Shown in pieces: positions 44,936-54,463 of a stretch of 64,000 bases of DNA (its first letter is position 1; every line of letters starts with the position of its first letter). A model generated the notes under the pieces. That model made no database searches and was not told the DNA's origin. It saw only the letters and a program-made list of their open reading frames with translations. Origin of the DNA: a virus (taxonomy: Duplodnaviria > Caudoviricetes); the IMG/VR virus record IMGVR_UViG_3300042139_000023; one strand, 5' to 3'. The position numbers were made by a program, and so were the translations under genes.

Positions 44936-45220
44936 ATGAGGAACGACATGAGAACGATGCTCCGGACCGAGGTGTCGGAGTCCGTCAGGGCCCTTCTGGA
45001 GAAGCGGCGAAAAGACGTACTCGCCATGCTCGCTTCCTGTGGAGTGGACCCGATGGACATTCCGAGATGGCCGGAGATCTGGCGCGACGAGGAAGGGATC
45101 CACATCGACCGGTACATGCGGACCGAAGACGGCAGACTTCGCCGAGACGACTTCGGGTTCATGGTCGAGGAGTCCGTCATCCAGCCGACGGTGATCCCCG
45201 ACTGGATCGCGTACGGCTGA
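44936..45220 (+). CDS. hypothetical protein
   Basis: AAGGGAG RBS. Confidence 0.6.
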   Translation: MRNDMRTMLRTEVSESVRALLEKRRKDVLAMLASCGVDPMDIPRWPEIWRDEEGIHIDRYMRTEDGRLRRDDFGFMVEESVIQPTVIPDWIAYG

Positions 45221-45266
45221 ACGGAGGCCCGTCGGGAGACCGGCGGGCCTTTCGTGTGCCATCAGC

Positions 45267-45379
45267 CTACCGTTCGGTAACTTTCCTTCGCCTCGAACCC
45301 GAAGAGAAGCTACCGAGAAGTAACAAGAATCGGGTCGGAAGACACCCGAATCCCGGAAGAAAAGCTACCGAAGGGTAAC
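45267..45379 (+). repeat. three direct repeats CTACCG-N4-GTAAC in a lower-GC non-coding region
   Basis: copies at 45267, 45310 and 45365; copies 2 and 3 extend to GAAGA.AAGCTACCGA. Confidence 0.7.
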
Positions 45380-45612
45380 TGACAGAACGGGTGAATCGGA
45401 TGATTCGGGCTGTCCGTATCGACCACTTATGTCCTGCTGTAGCGTGTCGGAGATCCATAAAAAGTGGTCCGGTATGCCTGATTCGCAGGAGTTCATGGTG
45501 ATTCGAGGAAGGCCAGAATCGCAACGAATCTGGACAAGGTGCCCCAGGAGGTGGCCTACCCGGGCGGTAGGCCATCGGGTAGGATCGGCCTAGGCCGTTC
45601 GAAAGGAGGCAC

Positions 45613-46080
45613 ATGGACGCCCAATCGCAGCTAGAGGCAAGCAAGTTGGTCCTCAACTTGCCGTACTTCGAGCTGATCATCACCGGCTCCAGGGACTGGG
45701 CGGACCGCAGAGCGGTCCATCTGCCGCTGACCCGCCTGCTGAAACGCCACGGCCGCCTGCTCATCCGCAACGGAAAGAACAGGCGAGGCGCCGACAGGAT
45801 CGTCAGCGACTGGTCCTCCCACTTCATCGACGTGCTGGTCCTGGAGAAGCCGTACCTGCCCGACTGGGACAGCCACGGCAACTACGCGGGCAACCTCCGC
45901 AACCAGGACATGGTCGATGCCGGGGCCCAGGCCGTCATGGCGTGGGCCAACCCCTGCCGGAAGAACGGCCGCTGGTGCCCGCCGGGCGAACACCCCTCGC
46001 ACGGCACGGCCGACTGTGTCGAACGCGCCAGGAAGGCGAACATCCCCGTCTACTTCAGCCCCGAAGGGATGAGCTGGTAG
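45613..46080 (+). CDS. SLOG/DUF2493 (YspA-like) protein
   Basis: LIITGSRDW...LLIRNG...GADRI...W...G..AG.LRNQDMVD...GTADCV.RA. Confidence 0.8.
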   Translation: MDAQSQLEASKLVLNLPYFELIITGSRDWADRRAVHLPLTRLLKRHGRLLIRNGKNRRGADRIVSDWSSHFIDVLVLEKPYLPDWDSHGNYAGNLRNQDMVDAGAQAVMAWANPCRKNGRWCPPGEHPSHGTADCVERARKANIPVYFSPEGMSW

Positions 46081-46140
46081 TTCGGCTCGAATTCCAGCGC
46101 GAACATCCGGAAGAACCTCGGAATCCAAGGAGATCGCACC

Positions 46141-46578
46141 ATGCAGAAGCTCACCACCGTCGCCCTGTCCACCGCGCTCGCGGGAGGGATGATGCTGACC
46201 GTGGCGCCCAGCGCCGATGCGGCCACCTCGATACGGGTGAAGGCCCTGAGTACCGCCGCCGCTCAGAAGGGGGACCCCTACAAGAGCGGCGCCGCTGGTC
46301 CGAACTACTTCGACTGCTCGGGCCTGACGTACTACTCGTTCAAGAAGAACGGCAGGACGCTCCCCCGCACGGCCCAGGCCCAGTACAACAAGTCCACGAA
46401 GATCCCCGCGAGCAAGCGGACCAAGGGTGACCTGGTCTTCTTCGGCGGCGCGAACTCGATCTACCACGTCGGCATCTACGCGGGCAGCGGCTACATCTGG
46501 CACTCCCCGAAGCCCGGCAAGAAGGTCGAGAAGGTCAAGCTGTGGACCTCTTCGGTCCGGTACGGGCGGTTCGTCTGA
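46141..46578 (+). CDS. secreted NlpC/P60 cell-wall peptidase
   Basis: signal peptide ending A-D-A; QKGDPY..G..GP..FDCSGL, LPRTA..Q, GDLVFF, HVGIYAG..IWHSP. Confidence 0.92.
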   Translation: MQKLTTVALSTALAGGMMLTVAPSADAATSIRVKALSTAAAQKGDPYKSGAAGPNYFDCSGLTYYSFKKNGRTLPRTAQAQYNKSTKIPASKRTKGDLVFFGGANSIYHVGIYAGSGYIWHSPKPGKKVEKVKLWTSSVRYGRFV

Positions 46579-46796
46579 TGGCTGCCTTCCTGGTCACGGT
46601 GCGACTCGCCAAGAACCCCGAGCACAACCCGCGCGAGAAGAAGACCGGCCCGTGTCCGGTCAACGGAAAGCCCTGCACGGACGTGACGGGCGAGCACCAC
46701 ACCTTCCTGGTCGAGCTGGACGACGTGGACGATGCGGAGGCGGCACGCGAGATCTACACGGGCCTCTACCGGGTGACCCGCATCGAGACCGTATGA
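46578..46796 (+). CDS. hypothetical protein
   Basis: TGATG overlap. Confidence 0.7.
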   Translation: MAAFLVTVRLAKNPEHNPREKKTGPCPVNGKPCTDVTGEHHTFLVELDDVDDAEAAREIYTGLYRVTRIETV

Positions 46797-46859
46797 CCGT
46801 GGGGATTCGCCTTGGATTCCAGGGCGAATCCCCGTAAGAACCCTCGGAATGGAGAGAAC

Positions 46860-47189
46860 GTGAGCTGGACCGGAGGAACGGAGATCTTCGAATCGGTCTC
46901 CGAGGCGATCGAGCAGCGCGAGGAGGGCGAGATCTCCGGCAAGGAGCTGGTCGGCGCCCTCATCGAGGCGCTGAAGAAGCGGGGCTGGGACCCCACGGAC
47001 TATGGCGTCGGCGGCCTCGCCGAGGACTCCATCATCCGTGAGGCCATGGCCGAGCACGGCAACGTGGAGAAGTGCGACGGCGAGCACCCCGTGCAGCCGT
47101 GGCAGTGCGAGGAAAGCAAGGGCCACTACCCGGCCACGAAGCACGAGGACTACCAGGGAAACACCTGGTCGGAAGAGGAGGAAGCGTGA
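46860..47189 (+). CDS. hypothetical protein
   Basis: GGAGAG RBS. Confidence 0.7.
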   Translation: MSWTGGTEIFESVSEAIEQREEGEISGKELVGALIEALKKRGWDPTDYGVGGLAEDSIIREAMAEHGNVEKCDGEHPVQPWQCEESKGHYPATKHEDYQGNTWSEEEEA

Positions 47190-47455
47190 GCGAGATCCGC
47201 GCCCTGAACAGCCTGGGCGACATCGACAGGAGCGCCCGGCTCGCCGTGGAGAAGAGCATGACCCCGGGGTGCCACATCGTCATCGGCGGCTTCGGCCCGG
47301 TGAAGACGGGCTTCGGCGAGCGCATGACGGTACCGCTGGGGGACGCCCAGCTCGACGAGGACCCCGGCATCTTCGCCGAGCTGACCTACGAGCAGGCGCT
47401 GGACCTGAATGCGAAGCTGGCGGCGAAGCTGAACGAGCTGGCTTCCGAGCGCTGA
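47186..47455 (+). CDS. hypothetical protein
   Basis: GTGA overlap. Confidence 0.7.
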   Translation: MSEIRALNSLGDIDRSARLAVEKSMTPGCHIVIGGFGPVKTGFGERMTVPLGDAQLDEDPGIFAELTYEQALDLNAKLAAKLNELASER

Positions 47456-47478
47456 GCAGCAGGAACGAGGAGAACGCG

Positions 47479-47688
47479 ATGAGCATGTACGAGAAGATGC
47501 TCTGTACCGGCCCTTCGGGGTGCGGGCACCCCCGGCACGAGCACACCGGAACGCACGTGAAGGGCTCCCGGACGGCGTGCCGTCACAAGCTGGCGCAGGG
47601 CCGAGGGGTCTGCGCCTGCACCGAATTCAAGGAGGTTCGGGCTAATTCGTCCGTTTCGAAGCGGACTCCGGAAGCCGCTCGTGGCTGA
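47479..47688 (+). CDS. small Cys/His-rich protein
   Basis: GAGGAG RBS; C...CGH...H...AC...C.CTEF. Confidence 0.6.
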   Translation: MSMYEKMLCTGPSGCGHPRHEHTGTHVKGSRTACRHKLAQGRGVCACTEFKEVRANSSVSKRTPEAARG

Positions 47689-47926
47689 GCGGCCGACCCC
47701 GCAGGAGGTCGAGACGAGCCGCCTGGCCAAGCTCCTGCTGGATCTGCACCGCTGCGAGCACGGCCGTCTGGAGGGGGACCCCTGTCTCTCGTGCGGCGGT
47801 CCGTCGGCGGGCAACCGCCTCATCCCACCAGGCACGCACATCGGGTACACCAGGTATGGGGACCGCATCGTGGTCCCCTCCTGGGAGGAGCACAACGACC
47901 CCAGAAAGTGGGTCCAAGGCCGCTGA
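47681..47926 (+). CDS. small hypothetical protein
   Basis: RCEHGR..GDPCLSC. Confidence 0.6.
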   Translation: MAERPTPQEVETSRLAKLLLDLHRCEHGRLEGDPCLSCGGPSAGNRLIPPGTHIGYTRYGDRIVVPSWEEHNDPRKWVQGR

Positions 47927-48005
47927 AAAGTGGCCTGCAAGAACCAGCGAAAACGGCCCGCCGGAACGGCTCCGGCGGGCCACTCGGAGAGGAGATGAGG
48001 AGGTC

Positions 48006-49454
48006 ATGGCGATCCGCGTGAAGGTCCCGCAGGCAGCGGGAATCAGGCAGTCGATGGAGGTCCAGAACGGCTCCAAGGGCCTGGGCAGGATGTTCCGCAG
48101 GGGGCTGCACGGAAGCAAGAACTGGGTGCTGGAGCTGGACGAGAACGGCGAGCACCGCTCGGTGTGGGCCAAGGGTGGCCGGGCGTTCATCGTGCTCATC
48201 CCGGTCTGGGTGGTCCTGAGTGCGGCGACCGGCGGCCCGGAGCGGGGCGGCCACTCGACGAGCGTTCCGCAGGCGCTCGGCGCGGCTCTCCTTCTCACGG
48301 TGATCGGGCTGGCGGTGTTCTCCGCGCGTGAGCGGAAGCTGGGCCGCGAAGAGCCGTGGGTCACCGAGGGAGGCGACTCCAAGGGGATCACGGAAAGTGA
48401 GGATGGCGAGAACAAGACGCTCGTCGACCCCGCGCCGGAGAACTCCACGCAGATCCTCGAAAACCCGCAGGTCGAAGAGTCGGGTTCCGACGATGGGGCC
48501 GAACAGGAGATGGACGATTCGGAAGATTCGGTCGAAACCGAGCGATTCGAACAGCCGGATTTGCAGGAGCCGGTGCAGCAGGCCATTCCGTCCGAGGCGG
48601 AAACCCGCGTCATGACTGCGCCGGAGGCACCCACGACGGTGTTGCCGCAGGTCGTGCAGCAGGCCACTTCTGATGTCGCAGACCAGGACAAGTCGGGCCA
48701 GTCGTTCGAGGACATCGCCTCGGTGGCGAACGACTTTCGGACCGAAGCCTCGCAGCAGGCCAGTCAGGAACCGGCATATTCCCTGGTCAAGGACTCTGCG
48801 CCCGACATGCAGGAGCCCGTGCAGCAGGCCACTCCCCAGTGGACGAAGCTGGACGTTTCCGGCGTCACCGAGGGTGATAACGGACTCATCCCTGACGAGC
48901 CCACCACGCCCTTGCGGACCACCGTGCAGACGGCCTTGCACCAGAACCCCGATGCAAGCGAATCCGTGCAGGTCAGCCTGGAGAAGGAGCCCGTGCAGCA
49001 ACCCTTGCAGGGGGAGTTGCAGGTCCAGTTCGCCCAGGCTGGGCCCTACCCGGCCGGGGAAGAGCCGGAGCACGAGGACTGGTGGGTGGTGGCACCCGAC
49101 ATCGAGCCCGCAGCGGAGGCGGAGGAAGTCGCCCTGGAGCCCGTTCAGGAAGATGTCGCGCCCGAGCCCGTCCCCGTCTTCGCGGAGGCCGCAGAAGCGG
49201 AGCAGGAGGCGTCTCAGGTTCCGGTCGGCCGTCACCCGATGGTCGTGCTCACCTACCTCGCCTCCCAGGCCCCGAAGTCCGGCTTCACGCCCGAGGAGAA
49301 GGAGGCGGCTCGCACGGCTGTCATCACGTGGCTGCACGGGGAGATCCAGCAGGGACACCTGAACCGCGCCGAAGGCGCTCGTGTTCTCGGCGTGGACGCC
49401 TCCACGGTCGGTCGCTGGCTGAGCGACCTGAACGACGACCCCTGGGCCGGGTGA
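48006..49454 (+). CDS. membrane-anchored acidic protein with C-terminal HTH
   Basis: two N-terminal TM segments; long E/P/Q-rich linker with EPVQQA repeats; LNRAEGARVLGVDASTVGRWL. Confidence 0.7.
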   Translation: MAIRVKVPQAAGIRQSMEVQNGSKGLGRMFRRGLHGSKNWVLELDENGEHRSVWAKGGRAFIVLIPVWVVLSAATGGPERGGHSTSVPQALGAALLLTVIGLAVFSARERKLGREEPWVTEGGDSKGITESEDGENKTLVDPAPENSTQILENPQVEESGSDDGAEQEMDDSEDSVETERFEQPDLQEPVQQAIPSEAETRVMTAPEAPTTVLPQVVQQATSDVADQDKSGQSFEDIASVANDFRTEASQQASQEPAYSLVKDSAPDMQEPVQQATPQWTKLDVSGVTEGDNGLIPDEPTTPLRTTVQTALHQNPDASESVQVSLEKEPVQQPLQGELQVQFAQAGPYPAGEEPEHEDWWVVAPDIEPAAEAEEVALEPVQEDVAPEPVPVFAEAAEAEQEASQVPVGRHPMVVLTYLASQAPKSGFTPEEKEAARTAVITWLHGEIQQGHLNRAEGARVLGVDASTVGRWLSDLNDDPWAG

Positions 49455-49557
49455 CCAGGCCACACGAAATGGCCTACTCGAAGGGCCGCCAGACGATGTT
49501 CTGGCGGCCCTTCGCCGTACGCTGATGCCCGACACGGATCACTGGAAAGGTGATGGC

Positions 49558-49989
49558 ATGAGCGAGAACGCCTACGACCGCAGCGCGCTGGGCCACGAGG
49601 CAGGAAAGCTGCTGGACGCCCTCCTGAAGCATGTGAACGAGATCGGGCGGGCCCAGGTGGCAACATCCGCCCTCCTGAAGGACAGCGGACTGACCCAGGG
49701 TGCCCTGGTGCGCGCCAGGGCGGAACTCACCCGGAACGGGCTGCTGCGAACGGAGCCGGGCTTCTCCTCTACCGGGCTGCGCGGGGCGAACGTCTACGTG
49801 CTGAACATGACCGCGATCGAGCCCCCTTCCAAGGAGATTCTGGAAGACGAAACCGGACGAATCGAGGCAGACGATCCCGATGGTGCTGGTCACCAGGTTT
49901 CCGGAGAGGTTCCTGCCCCTTCCGGGCGGCATCGCAGCGAGCGGAAGGGCTTCCTTCGTGGCCTCTTCCGTGGGTCTCGTTCTTCCTGA
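49558..49989 (+). CDS. winged-HTH protein
   Basis: ATSALLKDSGLTQGALVRARAELTRNGLL...NVYVLN. Confidence 0.65.
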   Translation: MSENAYDRSALGHEAGKLLDALLKHVNEIGRAQVATSALLKDSGLTQGALVRARAELTRNGLLRTEPGFSSTGLRGANVYVLNMTAIEPPSKEILEDETGRIEADDPDGAGHQVSGEVPAPSGRHRSERKGFLRGLFRGSRSS

Positions 49990-50157
49990 AGCACGGAAGG
50001 ACTGCCGCCCTGTCGGAAGAAGCCGAAGAAGAGGTGGTTGTTCTCCACTCGAATCGGACGAATGAGGACACGACGGGGCGGCAGTTCGTGGCACGCTTCT
50101 CGAATCGCAGTGAATTCGGACAGAACGGACGACTTCCAGGATCCTGCCCTGGTTCGC

Positions 50158-50187
50158 TTGACACGGCCTAGGCCACGCTGGCACAGT
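50158..50187 (+). promoter_or_regulatory. promoter with operator-like palindrome in spacer
   Basis: TTGACA-N18-CACAGT; perfect GGCCTAGGCC at 50165-50174. Confidence 0.7.
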
Positions 50188-50252
50188 CATGCGTAACGCC
50201 CCCAAGCGAGGTTTCAGAAACCGGGGGTTTTCGGAAAGGGAGAAACCCAGAC

Positions 50253-51413
50253 ATGGACAAGACGGAAAACAACGAGAAGGTCGCGAAGGTCGACATCGAC
50301 GAGGACGGTCCGAAGCGTTTCTCCGTTCTGGTTCTGATGGCGAGCATCCTCTCGATCGGCTCCCTCGCCTGGAGTACCTGGTCCTTCATCGACCTGTACA
50401 AGGTCGACGCGCTCACCATCGACAAGCTGGGCGGGCTCAGCCTGATCTCCCTCTCGGCCGCCGCAACGATGGACGTCGTCTGGAGCGCGACGATGGTGGC
50501 CCAGTACCAGGGCCAGAAGCTGATGGGGAAGCTGCCGAAGGTCAAGAAGTCCTTCGACTTCCTCCCGCTCATCGGGTGGATCGAGGCCCTGTTCGTCGCC
50601 GGACTGCTCGGCTACCACGGAACGACGATCGGCGGCGGCGCCGCAGGGTTCGCGGCGGTCCTCCCGGTCTTCACGAAGCTCACGTGGACGATGGCCCTGA
50701 ACGGCCTGAAGGACCCGAGCGAACTGACCGACGAGGAGAAGGCCGAGATGGCGGCCGAGAAGCGGAAGTCGAAGCTCACCCGGGCCAAGGCCGACGCAAC
50801 CCAGGAGCAGCATGCGGCCGACATGATCCTGAAGAACCGCGAGCACGAGGCGGCCCTGGCCGAGCAGCGGCGCCTGGCGGCCATCGAGCACGAGAAGGTC
50901 CAGGCCGAGATCGAGCGCAAGAAGCTGGAGCAGCAGGCCCAGTTCGAGCTGGAGAAGGCCCGGCTGGAGGGTGAGGCCGAGACCAAGCTGATGCGTCAGC
51001 AGCTCAACGCGCGGCTCCAGATCGAGACCCTGCGCAGCCAGCAGGGCATCAGCCTGGAGCGCATGGACGCCGAGCAGGAGCTGCGCCTGCGGGCCCCGCT
51101 GGACCTCGGCTTCAACGTCATCCAGGGGCAGGTCTCCCGGCCGCAGCTCGCGAAGAGCAACGTCTCGTTCGAGGAGGAGGACGACGCGGAGGGCATCAGC
51201 CTGGACGGCCTGAACCTGACCGACGCCGAGCGCCGGAAGGTGAACCTGGCGGCCCGCTACTACGCCGCCGACGCGGCCGAGGGCGGCATCACCAAGGCCG
51301 CCTTCGCGAAGGCCAACCAGACGGGCGCCCCCCGGGTGACCGAGGCGACCACCGCCTTCCCGCTGGAGTGGTTCGTCGAGAACGGTCTCGCGAGCTGGAT
51401 GAACCAGGGCTGA
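50253..51413 (+). CDS. multi-TM coiled-coil protein (SpdB-like/DUF2637-like spread protein)
   Basis: four N-terminal TM segments, long E/Q/K/R coiled coil; architecture matches Streptomyces plasmid Spd proteins, family not confirmed. Confidence 0.55.
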   Translation: MDKTENNEKVAKVDIDEDGPKRFSVLVLMASILSIGSLAWSTWSFIDLYKVDALTIDKLGGLSLISLSAAATMDVVWSATMVAQYQGQKLMGKLPKVKKSFDFLPLIGWIEALFVAGLLGYHGTTIGGGAAGFAAVLPVFTKLTWTMALNGLKDPSELTDEEKAEMAAEKRKSKLTRAKADATQEQHAADMILKNREHEAALAEQRRLAAIEHEKVQAEIERKKLEQQAQFELEKARLEGEAETKLMRQQLNARLQIETLRSQQGISLERMDAEQELRLRAPLDLGFNVIQGQVSRPQLAKSNVSFEEEDDAEGISLDGLNLTDAERRKVNLAARYYAADAAEGGITKAAFAKANQTGAPRVTEATTAFPLEWFVENGLASWMNQG

Positions 51414-51430
51414 CAAGCCCGCACGACAGA

Positions 51431-51456
51431 GAAGCCCCCGCCCCGGCGGGGGCTTC
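51431..51456 (+). terminator. terminator-like hairpin
   Basis: GAAGCCCCCGCC/GGCGGGGGCTTC followed by T-rich run. Confidence 0.75.
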
Positions 51457-51512
51457 CTGTTTTCCCCAACTTGCCTGTATTCTGGTTATGTTGAAGTGGA
51501 GAGGAGAATGAC

Positions 51513-51827
51513 ATGGCGTGGCGAATCGAGGCATCCGGAGGAACCGGATCCGCCAATTACGTTGTGATCCAGCCGATGATGGACGACGACCCGGAGAGCG
51601 AAGTCCGGCACGCGCTCATCACCATCTCGCCGAAGGGCGGTCGCGAGCACCCGACGATTCCGATGCTTCCGCCGGGCGCCCTGTACCGGGATCGGCTCGG
51701 TATGGCGTATCGCATTCAGGAGGCAACCATCGTCGAGACAGGAACCGACGACGGTGAACACTCCATGTGGCGCTACGAGTACCTGGTCGCCTACAGCGCG
51801 ACCCTTCCGCTCCGGCCCGTCTCATGA
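51513..51827 (+). CDS. hypothetical protein
   Basis: GAGGAG RBS. Confidence 0.7.
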   Translation: MAWRIEASGGTGSANYVVIQPMMDDDPESEVRHALITISPKGGREHPTIPMLPPGALYRDRLGMAYRIQEATIVETGTDDGEHSMWRYEYLVAYSATLPLRPVS

Positions 51828-52033
51828 TGGAGAAGGTCGTCACCTGGGCCATCGCGAAGGCGGTCGAAGATGTTGACGACAGCGTGACCACGGCTGCCCT
51901 GATGGGCGCCGCACTGGATACCGCCACCTTCTCGGCGATCGGCGTACCGGCGACCGGGGCTGTGATCGCAGGGGCCGCCACGGGCGTGGGCCTGAACGTG
52001 GTACGCAAGCTGAGGAAGGGAGAAGGGGAATGA
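51824..52033 (+). CDS. small membrane protein
   Basis: ATGA overlap. Confidence 0.6.
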   Translation: MMEKVVTWAIAKAVEDVDDSVTTAALMGAALDTATFSAIGVPATGAVIAGAATGVGLNVVRKLRKGEGE

Positions 52034-52689
52034 CCGACTGGTGGAACACGTCCGCGCCGCGACAGGAGGGCGAGCCGGTTCGCGCTGAACCCGCTATCGG
52101 GTGGGACCCGGAACCCATGCCGTCGATGCCCGCCTCTCCGCCCGAGCCTCCGGCCCAGCAGGAGGAGCCGGAAGCGCAGAAGCCGGATCGCCGCAAGAGC
52201 CTTCTCCTCGGTGCGGCCGGTGCTGCCGCCGTGGGGGTCCTGGTTTTCACCGTCATGCCGCACGACGGCTCGACTCCGGCCGACGTTCCCGGTGTGTCCG
52301 CATCATCGTCCGTCGGGGACTTCCCCCCTGCGGCCGGTGGCGGGCCCTCGGAAGGTGCACAGGACCGCGCTGAAGAATCCCGGGCACCCGCCCCGCAGAA
52401 GCCGAAGGTGGTCACCCTCTCTGCCACACCCAGTGGCTCCGGCAGCGTCGGCGCGATCGTGAAGCTGACGGTCGTGAACAACACCGACGAGGCCGTGGTC
52501 GTCATGTCGTCGATGGTGAAGGGTGACGGCCGCCCGGCGGTCATCGGAGAGGGCACGCTGGCGCCCGGCTCCCGGCGCGTAGAGCCCGGAGAGACGGCGA
52601 CCGGAACCGTGGAGTTCGCCACGAAGAAGGCGCCCGCCCAGGTGGCTCTCGTCGACCTCAGCGGGAACGTGGTGGCGGCCAGTGGCTGA
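52030..52689 (+). CDS. membrane-anchored protein with C-terminal beta-sandwich-like domain
   Basis: Pro-rich, single TM, VKLTVVNNT...LAPG...TGTVEF (DUF4352-like pattern). Confidence 0.65.
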   Translation: MTDWWNTSAPRQEGEPVRAEPAIGWDPEPMPSMPASPPEPPAQQEEPEAQKPDRRKSLLLGAAGAAAVGVLVFTVMPHDGSTPADVPGVSASSSVGDFPPAAGGGPSEGAQDRAEESRAPAPQKPKVVTLSATPSGSGSVGAIVKLTVVNNTDEAVVVMSSMVKGDGRPAVIGEGTLAPGSRRVEPGETATGTVEFATKKAPAQVALVDLSGNVVAASG

Positions 52690-53401
52690 ACCCCTGCTGC
52701 ACCGCCTTCCGTCGACCGGGAAGTACGACAAGAAGTACCAGGTGCACGGTCACGACCACCTGATCGTCGAGGCGTACTACTCCGACGCCGAAGACAGCAA
52801 GCCGGAGTTCGGGTGCTGGTGGGTGATCGACGCCCGCTTCACCGCCCTCGACCGGTACCGTCGGCAGATCGTCTTCTCCTCCACGTACCTCTCCGACATC
52901 CGGAGCTGGCTGAAGGCTGGAGGGGCGAGCCTGTGGGACCCCGAGAAGAGGAAGGCCGACAAGGACTGGAAGCCGATTCCCGAAGGGTGGTCCCCCGACG
53001 ACAGCCGACTGGAGGCGAAGCGTCGTACACCCTTCAGGCCGTTCGGCGAGAAGGGGTCACGGGCACACAGGTCGGCGCGCAGGCCCGAGGAGCCGGAGCC
53101 CAGCGACTACCCGCTCTACCCAAGGGGCCTGACGGGCAAGAAGTACGCCGTCGTCCCCGGGTGGGTCACCTCCGTCAACGACGGTCAGCGGCACTGGATC
53201 GGATTCGGTGCACTCACCTGGCTGTACGGGGTTAATCCGGCCGAGTGCATCAAGGTCGACGACGAGACCGAACGTGGCTGGAACGACGACCTGCGGGCAC
53301 ATCTGATCTGGCTGTATCCGCAACGCAGGCACGAGGACTACGAATCGATGAAGGAGGAGCTGGCCAGGGGCGAGGACGCCTTCAAGCTGATCGAGCCCTG
53401 A
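52682..53401 (+). CDS. hypothetical protein
   Basis: 239 aa, coding bias. Confidence 0.7.
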   Translation: MAEPLLHRLPSTGKYDKKYQVHGHDHLIVEAYYSDAEDSKPEFGCWWVIDARFTALDRYRRQIVFSSTYLSDIRSWLKAGGASLWDPEKRKADKDWKPIPEGWSPDDSRLEAKRRTPFRPFGEKGSRAHRSARRPEEPEPSDYPLYPRGLTGKKYAVVPGWVTSVNDGQRHWIGFGALTWLYGVNPAECIKVDDETERGWNDDLRAHLIWLYPQRRHEDYESMKEELARGEDAFKLIEP

Positions 53402-53410
53402 GCATGCGAA

Positions 53411-53440
53411 AGCCCCCGTCGCACCGTTGCGACGGGGGCT
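53411..53440. terminator. bidirectional terminator-like hairpin
   Basis: 13-bp AGCCCCCGTCGCA/TGCGACGGGGGCT between convergent genes. Confidence 0.8.
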
Positions 53441-53461
53441 CTGCACATCCGCATGGGGTCC

Positions 53462-54196
53462 TCACAGGGGCACGTGGAACGAGACCGGCCTGTTGCCCTC
53501 GCAGACCTTCACGGCGACCTCGACGACCTTGCCGTTGGCCAGGAGGACCCGACGCGCCGTCTGCGTGACGATCGCGTACGCGCCCTTCAGTTCCAGCAGC
53601 TCCCGCTCCCGGTCCGTCGCCAGACGCGACGTGATGACGGGGATCAGGTCCTTCTGCCGGGAGCCCATGCGTTCGGCCGCCAGCTCCCGCGAACCGCGCG
53701 GGGTGGACTCGGCCATCGCCAGCTCGGGCGTCACGGCCGTCACCTCGGGCGGGTAGTACGAGTGTCCGGTGGCGACCGGCTTGCCGTCGATCTTGTTCAG
53801 GCGCTCCCGGTACACGACCCCCTCGCCGGGCTCGACGCCCAGCGCGGAAGCGATGCTGGCCGGGCACGGCACCGTCTCCACCCGCAGGATCTCCGAGGTC
53901 TCTCGGGCGCCCAGCGCCTTGCCGCTCGCCGCGTAGTTCCCGACGCGGTCCTGGACCGTCGCCGTGCGTCCCGAGATGTCCGCCACGACCGGCGGCCGGT
54001 TGCCGCTGGACGGCTCCAGGACCCCTTCCGCCGTCAGCAGCTCCACGACCTTGTCGATGGTGACGCGCGACGTCTTGTGGGTCTTGGCGAGCCTGCGGCG
54101 CGACTCCAGCGGGGTACCCGGCGCCAGATCACCAGAGGTGATCCTGGATCGGTAATGTGCCGCAATGGCACGGTACTTGGGAATCTGCTCGCTCAC
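53462..54196 (-). CDS. GntR-family (HutC/UTRA) repressor, KorSA-like
   Basis: PKYRAIAAHYRSRITSG.L.PG..L.S.R.LA..H..SR.TI..V...L..EG; C-terminal UTRA-like region; GTG after GAGGAG. Confidence 0.9.
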   Translation of the reverse strand: MSEQIPKYRAIAAHYRSRITSGDLAPGTPLESRRRLAKTHKTSRVTIDKVVELLTAEGVLEPSSGNRPPVVADISGRTATVQDRVGNYAASGKALGARETSEILRVETVPCPASIASALGVEPGEGVVYRERLNKIDGKPVATGHSYYPPEVTAVTPELAMAESTPRGSRELAAERMGSRQKDLIPVITSRLATDRERELLELKGAYAIVTQTARRVLLANGKVVEVAVKVCEGNRPVSFHVPL

Positions 54197-54219
54197 TTTT
54201 TCTCCTCGCGTTCGCTTGT

Positions 54220-54229
54220 GGCCTAGGCC
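54220..54229. promoter_or_regulatory. operator-like palindrome GGCCTAGGCC in divergent promoter region
   Basis: perfect copy 24 bp upstream of the gntR start. Confidence 0.65.
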
Positions 54230-54283
54230 GTATTGTGTCATGCTGGACTCCACAACGCCAGCAGGGACCGAAGAGAGGGCGAC

Positions 54284-54448
54284 ATGGAAGGTAACGGGGA
54301 GGTTCAGGAGCCGGTTGTGCCGCAACCTCAGCACGTGCCGGAGGCTTCTCTGGGGCAGCTTTCTGACTTCGCTGCCAACCAGGATATCGCCCGATTGGAG
54401 GCAACCGTAGAGGCCAACATCGGACTAGCTTCCGACGGAAAGCCGTAA
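54284..54448 (+). CDS. small hypothetical protein
   Basis: GAGAGGG RBS. Confidence 0.55.
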   Translation: MEGNGEVQEPVVPQPQHVPEASLGQLSDFAANQDIARLEATVEANIGLASDGKP

Positions 54449-54463
54449 CGCGGAAGGAGAAAC

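Noticed and set aside
54197-54334. N-terminal extension of GntR ORF
   Set aside because: GTG 54196 has GAGGAG RBS and starts at the HTH; the extension would cover the divergent promoter/operator
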